Positions 8,988 through 17,625 of a stretch of 64,000 nt of DNA are shown here, piece after piece. The first letter of the stretch is position 1. Each line of letters begins with the position of its first letter. The position numbers and the translations under genes are program-made. Source of the stretch: Pirellulales bacterium (lineage in GTDB: Bacteria; Planctomycetota; Planctomycetia; Pirellulales; JALHPA01). The stretch is taken from positions 621 to 64,620 of the forward strand of contig JBGSSS010000005.1 in NCBI GenBank assembly GCA_041736895.1. The letters are read 5' to 3'. The notes beneath the pieces are model-generated. The model saw nothing but the letters and a program-made list of their open reading frames with translations, had not been told where the DNA came from and ran no database searches.

Positions 8988-8999
8988 TTCAACGTTGAA
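8988..8999. promoter_or_regulatory. Perfect 12-bp palindrome TTCAACGTTGAA (candidate operator), 114 nt upstream of ATG 9113
   Basis: The same 12-mer with similar flanks (AATGC..TTCAACGTTGAA.CCGTYC) recurs at 15557-15568. Related split or half versions occur at 30517-30543 and 62153-62163. All four sites are intergenic. Confidence 0.4.
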
Positions 9000-9112
9000 A
9001 CCGTCCTTGTTGAATTGCGTTGATTTGCCACATCGATTCTTCTTACATAAACTAATAATCGGCCCACCAAATTTCCTGCCTCTGTGACGTTTCTTTTTGT
9101 TCTTCAAGACAA

Positions 9113-11029
9113 GTGTCAATAATGCGGTCAACGGTATTACTGTTTCTCTTGAGCATCGTCGCAGCGTCCCTTGCTTCGCCAGCGAGGGCCGCCGAGGTCG
9201 ACTTCGTCCACGATGTCGCGCCGATCTTGAAGAAGCGCTGCATCGAGTGCCACTTGGGCAAAGAGCCGAAGGGCGAAGTTTCGTTCGAATCGCGGCGGCT
9301 GCTGCTCGATGCCAAATTGGTCGTGCCCGGCAAGAGCGGCGAGAGCGAATTCGTCAAACGGCTGCTCAGCAAAGATCCCGACGAACGCATGCCGCCCCAG
9401 GGCGAGCCGCTCGACGAAAAGCAGATCGCGACGATCAAAGCTTGGATCGACGCGGGCGTGAAGTGGGACGACAATTACTCGTTCAAACCGAAGACGTACA
9501 AATCGCCGCTCAAGCTGCAACCCGTCACGCTGCCGCCGGCGCGCGAAGGACGCGATCACCCGATCGACCGCTTGGTCGATGCGTACTTGGCGAAGAATGA
9601 ATTGCCGTTTCCCGCGCCGTTGCCCGATGCGTTGTTCGCGCGGCGGGTGTCACTGGACCTCGTCGGGTTGCTGCCTGATGTCGAAGCGGCCGCGGCTCTC
9701 GGCGTGAGTTCCGCGGCCGACAAACGAGCGCAATTCGCCGCAGCGTTGTTGGGTGACAAACGAGCCTACGCCGATCATTGGCTTTCGTTTTGGAACGACT
9801 TGCTCCGCAATGAATATCGCGGCACGGGCTACATCGACGGCGGGCGCAAGCAAATTTCCGTTTGGCTCTATCAATCGCTCGTCGAGAACAAGCCCTACAA
9901 CCAGTTCGTCCATGAACTGATCTCGCCGACGAAGGATTCCGAAGGTTTCATCAACGGCATTCAATGGCGCGGCAGCGTCAATGCGAGCCAAACGCGCGAG
10001 GTGCAGTTCTCGCAAAATATTTCGCAGGTCTTCTTCGGCATCAACATGAAGTGTGCGTCGTGCCACGACAGCTTTGTCGATGACTGGAAGCTGAGCGAGG
10101 CGTACGGCTTGGCCGCCATCGTCGCCGAAAAACCGCTGGAGTTGCACCGCTGCGACAAGCCGACGGGCGTTATGGCCAAGGCGGCATTTCTTTGGCCGGA
10201 GCTTGGCAACATCGATCCCGAGGCGAAGAAGCCCGAGCGTTTGAAGCAACTGGCCGACCTTGTCACGCATCGCGACAACGGCCGCTTCGCGCGCACAATC
10301 GCGAATCGGATGTGGCAGCGGCTAATGGGGCGCGGACTGGTGCATCCGGTCGATGCACTCGATTCAGCCCCGGTCGATCCGCAGTTGCTGGAGTACTTGG
10401 CGAGTTATCTGGTCGAACAAAATTACGACTTGAAAAAATTGCTGGAGCACATCGTCACCTCGCGGATTTATCAGTCCCAGGTCATCGTGGCTCCGCAAAC
10501 CTCGTCCGAGGAATACCGTTTCCGCGGACCGCTGACCAAGCGCATGACAGCCGAGCAGTTCATGGATGCGGTGTGGCTGCTGACGGGTACCGGCCCCGAG
10601 AAGATCGTCGCGCCGATCAAGCCCGTCAGCTTTGACGAAGCAACGCCACCCGCGCGGCGCACAATCCGCGCCGTTTTGGGTCATGCAGATTTGCTGCAGC
10701 GTTCGCTCGGACGACCGAACCGCGAGCAAGTCGTCACCGTCCGGCCCGATGAACTGACAACGCTCCAAGCGCTCGATCTTTCGAATGGCACGGTGTTGAC
10801 CAACATGCTGCAGCAGGGGGCGGAAAAGCTGGTCAAAGCCGCCGGCAAAGACGGCATCGAGACGAACAAGCTCGTGCCGCAGATTTACGAGCAAGCCCTC
10901 GGACGAGCGCCGCAAGCAGAAGAGCTGAAGGCAGCGCTCGAGTTTCTTGGCCCCAAGCCAGACGCGACCGCGATTGCCGATTGGCTCTGGACGATTGTGA
11001 TGCTGCCGGAGTTTCAGTTGATACGTTAA
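9113..11029 (+). CDS. PSCyt (planctomycete cytochrome c) / DUF1549 / DUF1553 protein
   Basis: Signal peptide, then VAPILKKRCIECH (CxxCH). DUF1549-like IDRLVDAYLAKNELP...RRVSLDLVGLLP and DUF1553-like CASCHDSFVDDWKL follow. A DUF1501 gene comes next, the canonical pair. Confidence 0.85.
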   Translation: MSIMRSTVLLFLLSIVAASLASPARAAEVDFVHDVAPILKKRCIECHLGKEPKGEVSFESRRLLLDAKLVVPGKSGESEFVKRLLSKDPDERMPPQGEPLDEKQIATIKAWIDAGVKWDDNYSFKPKTYKSPLKLQPVTLPPAREGRDHPIDRLVDAYLAKNELPFPAPLPDALFARRVSLDLVGLLPDVEAAAALGVSSAADKRAQFAAALLGDKRAYADHWLSFWNDLLRNEYRGTGYIDGGRKQISVWLYQSLVENKPYNQFVHELISPTKDSEGFINGIQWRGSVNASQTREVQFSQNISQVFFGINMKCASCHDSFVDDWKLSEAYGLAAIVAEKPLELHRCDKPTGVMAKAAFLWPELGNIDPEAKKPERLKQLADLVTHRDNGRFARTIANRMWQRLMGRGLVHPVDALDSAPVDPQLLEYLASYLVEQNYDLKKLLEHIVTSRIYQSQVIVAPQTSSEEYRFRGPLTKRMTAEQFMDAVWLLTGTGPEKIVAPIKPVSFDEATPPARRTIRAVLGHADLLQRSLGRPNREQVVTVRPDELTTLQALDLSNGTVLTNMLQQGAEKLVKAAGKDGIETNKLVPQIYEQALGRAPQAEELKAALEFLGPKPDATAIADWLWTIVMLPEFQLIR

Positions 11030-11046
11030 TGGAACGTCGGTGCGCT

Positions 11047-11090
11047 CTCCTACGGATGGGCATACCATCCGCAGGCTTGGGTTGGCGCTG
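11047..11090 (+). repeat. 44-nt interspersed repeat, copy 1
   Basis: CTCCTACGGATGGGCATACCATCCGCAGGCTTGGGTTGGCGCTG. 42 of 44 nt are identical to the reverse complement of 35967-36010. It contains the hairpin CGGATGG...CCATCCG. Confidence 0.9.
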
Positions 11091-11150
11091 AAGTAGGTTT
11101 TCTGATATTCGTAAACGAAAATTTCCATCGACATTTTTCGAGACAATAAT

Positions 11151-12584
11151 ATGCTCCCCACAACGAATCTCACCCGCCGTGAATACCTCCGCACGATGAG
11201 CGCCGCCGGCTTGGCCGCGCTCGTGATGGACGAACCGCGCTTCGCGCGCGGGGCCGATCAGATCGACAAACCGCCGGCCAAGGCCGATGCCTGCATCTTG
11301 CTCTGGATGGCCGGCGGCATGGCTTCGCCCGAGACATTTGATCCGAAACGTTACACGCCGTACGAAGTCGGCACGCCCAGCGACAAGATCCTCTGCACGT
11401 TCCCCACGATCGACACGGCCGTGGACAATATCAAGATCTCGGCGGGCCTGGAGCAGATTGCGAAAGTGATGGACCGCGCGACGTTGATTCGCTCACAGGT
11501 CGTCGCCGATCTCGGGTTCATTCTGCATTCGCGGCATCAGTATCATTGGCACACCGGTTACGTCCCGCCGCAAACTGTCGCGGCGCCGCATCTCGGCTCG
11601 TGGATCGCACGGGTGCTCGGCCCGCGCAATCCGGCGATCCCGGCCTTTATCAACATCGGGCAACGGCTCGAAGGCGTCGGCGAATCCGAAGAGCTCAAGG
11701 CCTTTACCACGGGTGGGTTCCTCGGCAGTGAATTCGGACCGTTCAACCTGCCCTATCCCAACGACGCCATCGCCGCGGTGCAGCCGCCCAAGGGGATGAC
11801 GGCCGAACGCTTCGCCAAGCGCGAGAAACTGCTCCGCGAAACAATCAAGCGCGGCCCGCTCGGCGAGAAGACCAGCGATTACCATCAAGAGTCGATGATC
11901 CGCGCGATCGACAACGCGCATCGCTTGCTCAACAGCCCCGAACGCGCGGCGTTTGATCTGTCGAAAGAACCGAAGGAAAGCTACGACAAATACAACACCA
12001 GCCATTTCGGCCGTGGCTGTTTGCTCGCGCGGCGGCTGGTCGAAGCCGGCGCGCGATTTATCGAGGTCACGACCGAATATGTGCCGTTCGTCCATTGGGA
12101 CACGCACGAGAATGGCCACGAAACCGTCGCGCGCTTGAAAAAGGAAATCGACGGGCCAATTGCGCAATTGATCCTCGATCTCGAAAAACGCGGGCTGCTC
12201 GATCGGACGCTCGTCGTCCTCGCCAGCGAGTTCAGCCGCGACATGATGGTCGAAGGGGTGCCCGGCAGCACGGCCAAGGATCAATCGCGCGCGAAATCCG
12301 ACACGCTGCAAAAGCCGATCCACTACGGCTTGCATCGCCACTTCACCGGCTCCGGTTCGGTGCTAATGTTTGGCGGCGGCATGAAAAAGGGATTCCTTTA
12401 CGGCGAAACGGCCGACGAGCGGCCGCTGATCACGACGAAGAACCCGGTCACGATCACCGACCTGCATGCCACGATCGTCACGGCGCTGGGCATCAGTCCC
12501 AAGACGGCCTTCGACGTCGAAAAACGTCCGTTCTATGTGACGTCCGACGGCCACGGCAAAGCGGTGGCCGAGTTGTTTGGGTAG
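11151..12584 (+). CDS. DUF1501 (sulfatase-like) protein with Tat leader
   Basis: TRREYLRTMSAAGLAALV leader. Size and motifs (LLWMAGGMASPETFDPK, WDTHENGH, LASEFSRD) are typical of DUF1501 partners of DUF1549/1553 proteins. Confidence 0.9.
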   Translation: MLPTTNLTRREYLRTMSAAGLAALVMDEPRFARGADQIDKPPAKADACILLWMAGGMASPETFDPKRYTPYEVGTPSDKILCTFPTIDTAVDNIKISAGLEQIAKVMDRATLIRSQVVADLGFILHSRHQYHWHTGYVPPQTVAAPHLGSWIARVLGPRNPAIPAFINIGQRLEGVGESEELKAFTTGGFLGSEFGPFNLPYPNDAIAAVQPPKGMTAERFAKREKLLRETIKRGPLGEKTSDYHQESMIRAIDNAHRLLNSPERAAFDLSKEPKESYDKYNTSHFGRGCLLARRLVEAGARFIEVTTEYVPFVHWDTHENGHETVARLKKEIDGPIAQLILDLEKRGLLDRTLVVLASEFSRDMMVEGVPGSTAKDQSRAKSDTLQKPIHYGLHRHFTGSGSVLMFGGGMKKGFLYGETADERPLITTKNPVTITDLHATIVTALGISPKTAFDVEKRPFYVTSDGHGKAVAELFG

Positions 12585-12699
12585 AGCGCGAAGTCGGTGC
12601 ATGCTCCCCGCTCAGCCGGATTCGTGACGAAGAGCGCTAGCCCAAGGGACCAGGGCGACACTGCAGGGGTTTGTCAGAGACGACGCCAGCAACAGAAAA

Positions 12700-12739
12700 G
12701 GCGGGGCACACCGGAGTGGCCCCGCCTGATTTGATTTTC
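12700..12739 (+). terminator. Rho-independent terminator after the DUF1501 gene
   Basis: GGCGGGGC-acaccggagtg-GCCCCGCC followed by TGATTTGATTTTC. Confidence 0.6.
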
Positions 12740-12790
12740 TCGTCTCACCCAGCGTGGATCGATCAGCGTTAGATCGATGAGCGACGCTGC

Positions 12791-13612
12791 TTACCGAGCA
12801 CGGCGAAAGCGGAAAGCCAGGCCAATCGCGGCCAGACTCAGCAGGCCAATGGTGCTTGGCTCCGGTATAGCAACCGGAGTCAAAGTGAGATTACCCAAGC
12901 CACTAACCGAGAAATTGGAGTTGAAAATTAAACCTGGACCGGTCGGGACCGTGGTCGACGGACGAGACTCTGTTTCTAAGACGTGCCGGTACTCATGGCC
13001 AGCTACAAGAAAAGTTGCAAATGGGTCGAATATTTCCGGACCAGGGCTCAACCCATCGATTGTTGCAGGTGCTCCGCCTAGACTCGTGAATTGTCTGATA
13101 ACAACTTGATTCGCAGTGACATCGTAGAGCGTCCGGACAACAAAGTTCGGGGGACTGTAACGCCAGATCTCCACATCGTTAAAACTCGCAGCTGCATCTG
13201 AAAAGCCGGCACCAAAAAAAGCACTCACTTTGAGGGCTTCATTTGCCGTGAAACGTACTTCGGAAGTTGTTCTGAGAAGCGAGTGGATGTTGACAATAGG
13301 AATCGCAAAATCGGCTTCCGAACCCACCATCCCGGTGGGCGAGAACGAACTCGTGCTCGTGCCGCTGTAAGGAGGTGCGATTGGGTTTGACACACTGGCG
13401 GTTGTCGGTCCGAGTATACTGCTGTTCGATAGGCCCAGATTAATCGCGTTAGGACCATCAATAATCGATACCAAATCGGTGGAACTGATAAAGCTGATGC
13501 GGTCTGCCGCATTGGCATTCGCTGAGAAACAGCACATGGCCAAAAGAGTGAGGGCCGACAAAAGAACCCAAGCCCGGGGGGCGGGTACATGACGAGTTTC
13601 TTTCCGAATCAT
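12791..13612 (-). CDS. PEP-CTERM sorting-domain protein
   Basis: ORF 12791..13690 trimmed to MIRKETRHVPAPRAWVLLSALTLLAMCCFSANANA. The C-terminus is PEPSTIGLLSLAAIGLAFRFRRAR (PEP motif, TM helix, basic tail). The gene is AT-richer than its neighbours. Confidence 0.75.
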   Translation of the reverse strand: MIRKETRHVPAPRAWVLLSALTLLAMCCFSANANAADRISFISSTDLVSIIDGPNAINLGLSNSSILGPTTASVSNPIAPPYSGTSTSSFSPTGMVGSEADFAIPIVNIHSLLRTTSEVRFTANEALKVSAFFGAGFSDAAASFNDVEIWRYSPPNFVVRTLYDVTANQVVIRQFTSLGGAPATIDGLSPGPEIFDPFATFLVAGHEYRHVLETESRPSTTVPTGPGLIFNSNFSVSGLGNLTLTPVAIPEPSTIGLLSLAAIGLAFRFRRAR

Positions 13613-13889
13613 TAGACTTTCCTGTCTCGTAAGAGAAGCAACACAAGGGAGTAAAGCAATTGTCGAGACAAAATATGTGCACCGCACCATATCTGGACAT
13701 TTACATCAGGTTGTATAGTTAGCTTACCGACGGCTAGACTGTCAAGGATTTCAGACAATAAACTACGATTATCTTAATTTTTTACAGAAATAAATGGCCA
13801 GTGAATCATCAACCATCCTTGATCGCTTTCCTAATGCGCGGGTTTTTTACAAATCCTGGTGTAGAGCGATGACGAGCGCGGCGTGACAT

Positions 13890-14121
13890 ATTTCGGAGCC
13901 TGCTGGGGTGGCGGTACCAAAAACGGGTTCCTCTACATTGAAACGGCTAACGAGAGCCCAACGCGTGGTGACCAAGAACCCAGTCACGATTACCGACCTG
14001 AACGCCACAATCGTGACGGCCCTCGACATCAGCCCCAAGATGGCGTTCAGGGTGGAACAACGTCCGGTTCTATATGACTGAAGATGGACACGGCCGGGCG
14101 ATCGCGGATTTGTTTGGGTAA
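13890..14121 (+). pseudogene. 5-prime-truncated, twice-frameshifted copy of a DUF1501 3-prime end
   Basis: It aligns to 12372-12584 of the intact gene; 76 of 93 nt are identical in the hand-aligned core AAGAACCC...AACGTCCG. Two 1-nt insertions break the frame. With these repaired it reads ..TKNPVTITDLNATIVTALDISPK...RPFYMTEDGHGRAIADLFG*, versus ..TKNPVTITDLHATIVTALGISPK...RPFYVTSDGHGKAVAELFG*. Confidence 0.8.
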
Positions 14122-14218
14122 TGGAGTTCCCTGAAAAAGGTTAAGCTTATCGCTTCGACACGGTTCTTCACGTAACGCCTTTTTGCCGTGCTTCAAAAAC
14201 GTGCATACCTTGTGAAAC

Positions 14219-15160
14219 ATGAAAATTGTCATCGCCGGCGGATCGGGCCAGATAGGCAACTCGCTCGCGCGTGAGTTTACGCAGCGCGGGGACCAAGTTG
14301 TTATTCTCAGTCGCTCAACAAATAACGCCAATTATCTAACAGTCGCGTGGGACGCGCGCAAGCTCGGTCCCTGGACCCGTGAAATCGACGGCGCGGATGT
14401 CGTGATCAATCTCGCGGGCAAGACCGTGAACTGCCGCTACACGGCGGCGAACCGGCGCGAGATCATCGACTCGCGCGTCGAGTCAACGCGCGTCATTGGC
14501 CAGGCGATCGCCGCGGCGGCGAACCCGCCGCGCGTTTGGCTGCAAGCCAGCACGGCGACAATCTACGCGCATCGCTATGACGCCCCGAACGACGAGTTCA
14601 CGGGCATCCTTGGCGGCGATGAACCGAACGCGCCGGACACGTGGCGGTTCAGTATCGAGGTCGCGAAAGCCTGGGAAGCGGCCCTCGCCGAAATCCCGAC
14701 GCCGCGCACGCGCAAAGTGGCGATGCGCGCGGCGATGACCATGACACCCGATCGCGGCGGGATCTATGACACCCTGCGAATGCTTTGCCGCCGCGGCTTG
14801 GGCGGCACCGCGGGCGATGGCAAGCAATATGTCTCATGGATTCACGAACGCGATTTTTTGAACGCGGTCCATTTTTTGATCGAGCGCGAGGACCTCGACG
14901 GCGCGGTGAATCTGGCCGCGCCGAATCCGCTGACCAACCGCGATTTCATGCGGCAACTGCGTGAAGCACTCGGGGTCAAGATCGGCCTGCCGGCGACACG
15001 CTGGATGCTCGAACTCGGCGCGTTCTTTATGCGCACCGAAACGGAATTGATCCTTAAAAGCCGCCGCGTCGTCCCGGGGCGTTTGCTGCAAGCGGGTTTC
15101 GAGTTTCAATTTCCCGAATGGCGTGCCGCAGTTGCGGATCTCGCACGATCCAGTCACTAA
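14219..15160 (+). CDS. TIGR01777/YfcH-type epimerase-family protein (SDR with DUF1731 C-terminus)
   Basis: MKIVIAGGSGQIGNSLAREF Rossmann start, about 310 aa, C-terminal RVVPGRLLQAGFEFQFPEW typical of this family. Confidence 0.85.
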   Translation: MKIVIAGGSGQIGNSLAREFTQRGDQVVILSRSTNNANYLTVAWDARKLGPWTREIDGADVVINLAGKTVNCRYTAANRREIIDSRVESTRVIGQAIAAAANPPRVWLQASTATIYAHRYDAPNDEFTGILGGDEPNAPDTWRFSIEVAKAWEAALAEIPTPRTRKVAMRAAMTMTPDRGGIYDTLRMLCRRGLGGTAGDGKQYVSWIHERDFLNAVHFLIEREDLDGAVNLAAPNPLTNRDFMRQLREALGVKIGLPATRWMLELGAFFMRTETELILKSRRVVPGRLLQAGFEFQFPEWRAAVADLARSSH

Positions 15161-15556
15161 TTGGCATTTACCCAAGGTCTCCTTCCTTGGCCTGGTGACG
15201 AGAAACGGTGGGCGGAACTTTTCTGATTATTCGAGCCTGGCGCAGGGCAGAGTGTTGGTTCGGCCCTAGCATCTCGCTTGTTTGAGCGCGTCAACCTACA
15301 CGGCCGTATGGTCTGCCGCCTGGGACGCAATGCCACATCGCCAAGAGCTTGCTCTCGGACCGCCTGTGCTTTGCCGAACCTTGCTGTAGGGCATGTTACC
15401 CGATGCGCGGCGCAGCACGCGGCACTGCTATATCAAAATGCGCAAGGAGAAAAACGGCGTCCAGCATCTGTTCTGCTGGACCGCAGAAAGCTGATCGGGG
15501 GAAAATAAAAAATATATTTTCGCGGCGCGAATGCCGAATTGCTGCTGGCAAATGCG

Positions 15557-15568
15557 TTCAACGTTGAA
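15557..15568. promoter_or_regulatory. Second copy of the palindrome TTCAACGTTGAA, in the long leader of the DUF1559 gene
   Basis: Identical 12-mer and similar flanks to 8988-8999. It lies about 300 nt upstream of the 15862 start, inside a 700-nt ORF-free region. Confidence 0.4.
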
Positions 15569-15861
15569 CCGTTCGCGCTTGCCATTGATGACATCATGTC
15601 GCAGCGCGAGGCGCAGTGCAGATTTGTCGTATTAAAAAACGCGGGAGTTAAAACGTGGTCGTTTCATTGCCAAGAAATTATGTCGCAGTAATGAGCGTTC
15701 GGTGTCTCACACGGTCATGGCTGACGACCTGCTCATAAAATATTTTGCAAGCGCGCGAATCGAGGCTTCGATAAAAAAACATTGCGATCAAGCTGATCTC
15801 GTTTTAGGATCCGAGTAGTAGTCTCTTCTGACTATTCTTTTCTTTTCAGTCATCACTATCC

Positions 15862-16917
15862 GTGGGGGATGAGATGATCAGCTTTTCGTATCTTGAAAAG
15901 CGCAAGAGTGCGTTGCTCTGCGCGCGGGTTGTTCGAACCCCAACTCAACATGGCTTCACGTTGGTTGAGTTGTTGGTGGTCATCGCGATCATCGGCATTT
16001 TAATTTCGCTGCTGTTGCCGGCAATTCAGTCCGCGCGCGAAGCGGGCCGCCGGGCGACGTGCCTCAGCCAAATGAGGCAACTGGGGATCGCGAGCCACAA
16101 TCATCTCGATGCGCAGAAAGTCTTTTTTGCCGCGGCCGCCTACTACAACAAGAAATCAGGCCGGGTGTACAACAATCCCACGTCAGCCGAAATTTCCGAG
16201 AGCGTGCGCCATAACTGGCCCACGGCCCTGATGCCGTATCTGGAAGAAATGGCCGTTCAGCGGGCCTACAACTTTAAAGTTGCTTGGAGCAATGCCAAGA
16301 ACAAAAACATTATCCAGAAGCAAATCTCGTTGTTGCAGTGCCCTTCGGTGCCGCATTCCAGCGGCGAGCGTCTGGTGGCTGTCACCTCCGGCGGCAACTT
16401 GGCGGCCACGTCCGATTACACGGTGATCGAGAATGTCTCCGATGCGTTTTACAAAGCAATCAAAGCCAAAGTCCCTCCCGCGCTGCTGCGGCGGGGTTTG
16501 CCCGATGAAAAATATCGGCTGCGCAGCTCACGTGTCAAAGATGGCCTGTCCAAAACGTTGTTGATCGAAGAAGACGCCGGCCGCCCGTACTACTATGTCG
16601 CGCCCGGCAAGTTCGGGCCCGAGAGTCAGAGCTACAGCAACAAACAAGACGTCGCCAAGGGCATTGCGCTGGGCGGAGCTTGGGCGCAGCCAGATAACAA
16701 AATGACGCTGCACGGCACAAAACCTGACGGCTTAAAAGATCCCGGACCGTGCTTCATGAATTGCACGAACAACAACGAGCTCTACAGTTTTCACACAGGC
16801 GGCAGCTGCGCGGTGCTGGCCGACAGCTCGACCAAGTTTGTGCCCGATGATACGGATGGGCTGGTCTTTGCCTCGGCGCTGACCCGCGCGGGCAGCGAAT
16901 CCTCGTCGCTTCCCTAA
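15862..16917 (+). CDS. DUF1559 protein with N-terminal prepilin-type cleavage/methylation motif (H-X9-DG type)
   Basis: [45 protein letters not shown]. The start is uncertain (GTG 15862 or ATG 15874). Confidence 0.85.
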   Translation: MGDEMISFSYLEKRKSALLCARVVRTPTQHGFTLVELLVVIAIIGILISLLLPAIQSAREAGRRATCLSQMRQLGIASHNHLDAQKVFFAAAAYYNKKSGRVYNNPTSAEISESVRHNWPTALMPYLEEMAVQRAYNFKVAWSNAKNKNIIQKQISLLQCPSVPHSSGERLVAVTSGGNLAATSDYTVIENVSDAFYKAIKAKVPPALLRRGLPDEKYRLRSSRVKDGLSKTLLIEEDAGRPYYYVAPGKFGPESQSYSNKQDVAKGIALGGAWAQPDNKMTLHGTKPDGLKDPGPCFMNCTNNNELYSFHTGGSCAVLADSSTKFVPDDTDGLVFASALTRAGSESSSLP

Positions 16918-17078
16918 AGGCTGCAATGAACCCAACGCGTCCGTATTTTGCTCGGCACTTGATCGGGGGAGATTCGCTCGTTGATTTGAAAAAGGGGTTG
17001 ATTTTGGGCCAGCGGATGTGTTCATGTGAATACTGTTTGTAAAGAGAATGGCCGAAATAGGCGCGCGGCGGAGGCTTT

Positions 17079-17192
17079 GTAGGTCCCGGTCTCCGACCGG
17101 GACCTGGCTCGGCGTTTTACGCCGCGCGTGGACGACGCTGGAATCGTTGCTTACTCCCCGCACAAGGTCCCGCGGAGGACCGCGGGACCTAC
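17079..17192. repeat. Hairpin-pair inverted-repeat element (114 nt)
   Basis: GT + AGGTCCCGGTC-tcc-GACCGGGACCT ... AGGTCCCGCGG-agga-CCGCGGGACCT + AC. Each arm is a perfect 11-bp stem and the outer GTAGG/CCTAC close the element. Confidence 0.85.
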
Positions 17193-17381
17193 GGAACGCG
17201 GCGGCGGGCTTTGCAGAACTGGTGCGGTCGTTGCCTTAAAAGGCAACGAAGCCGCGGCGAGTGTTGCCTTTTAAAGCAACACGAAAATGCGCGCGGCGCG
17301 CATCATTTGAACTGAGACAACAACCGGAAAGCCCTTGGTTTCCGGGGTTTGCGCGCGAAATCGAGGCGTGCGGCGGGTGCG

Positions 17382-17514
17382 TTTTGCGCGCGAATTTTTT
17401 CGATTTTTTTGCGTTCTTTTTCGATTTTTTTCGATCTTTTTTTGATTTTTTTCTGTTTTTTCGCGCGTTTTTTCCGGCGTTTTCGCTGCTTTCCCGCGGT
17501 TTTACGCCGGTTTT
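17382..17514. other. Array of helically phased T-tracts (A-tracts on the minus strand); predicted intrinsically curved DNA
   Basis: T runs of 4-7 nt start at 17382, 17395, 17404, 17417, 17425, 17437, 17446, 17456, 17468, 17480, 17500 and 17511. The core eight (17395-17468) average 10.4 bp spacing. Confidence 0.8.
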
Positions 17515-17625
17515 CCCGAGGGTTGCCTCGAGGCAACACAAATTTTTGCTGACGATGCGAGTTGCGTTTTGTCCGACAACCGCGCGGAGCGAGGGCCTGC
17601 GAGTTCCCTTGGCCGAACGGTACTT

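Noticed and set aside
15161-15861. Small Cys-rich ORFs (15278..15508, 15349..15567) in the 700-nt leader of the DUF1559 gene, and a possible degenerate copy of the 129-nt element around 15290-15390
   Set aside because: The ORFs overlap each other, are R/A/C-rich and lack ribosome-binding signals. Resemblance to the 129-nt family is limited to short pieces (ACATCGCC, CCAAG.GCTTG), which is too weak to call.
17236-17541. Lysine-rich ORFs (KKSKKDRKKSKKNAKKSKK..) and the phenylalanine-rich opposite-strand ORFs; also considered as a CRISPR-like or tandem-repeat array
   Set aside because: These are translations of the phased A/T-tract DNA. The repeat units are irregular 8-13 nt T runs with no spacer-repeat organisation, and no cas genes are present.
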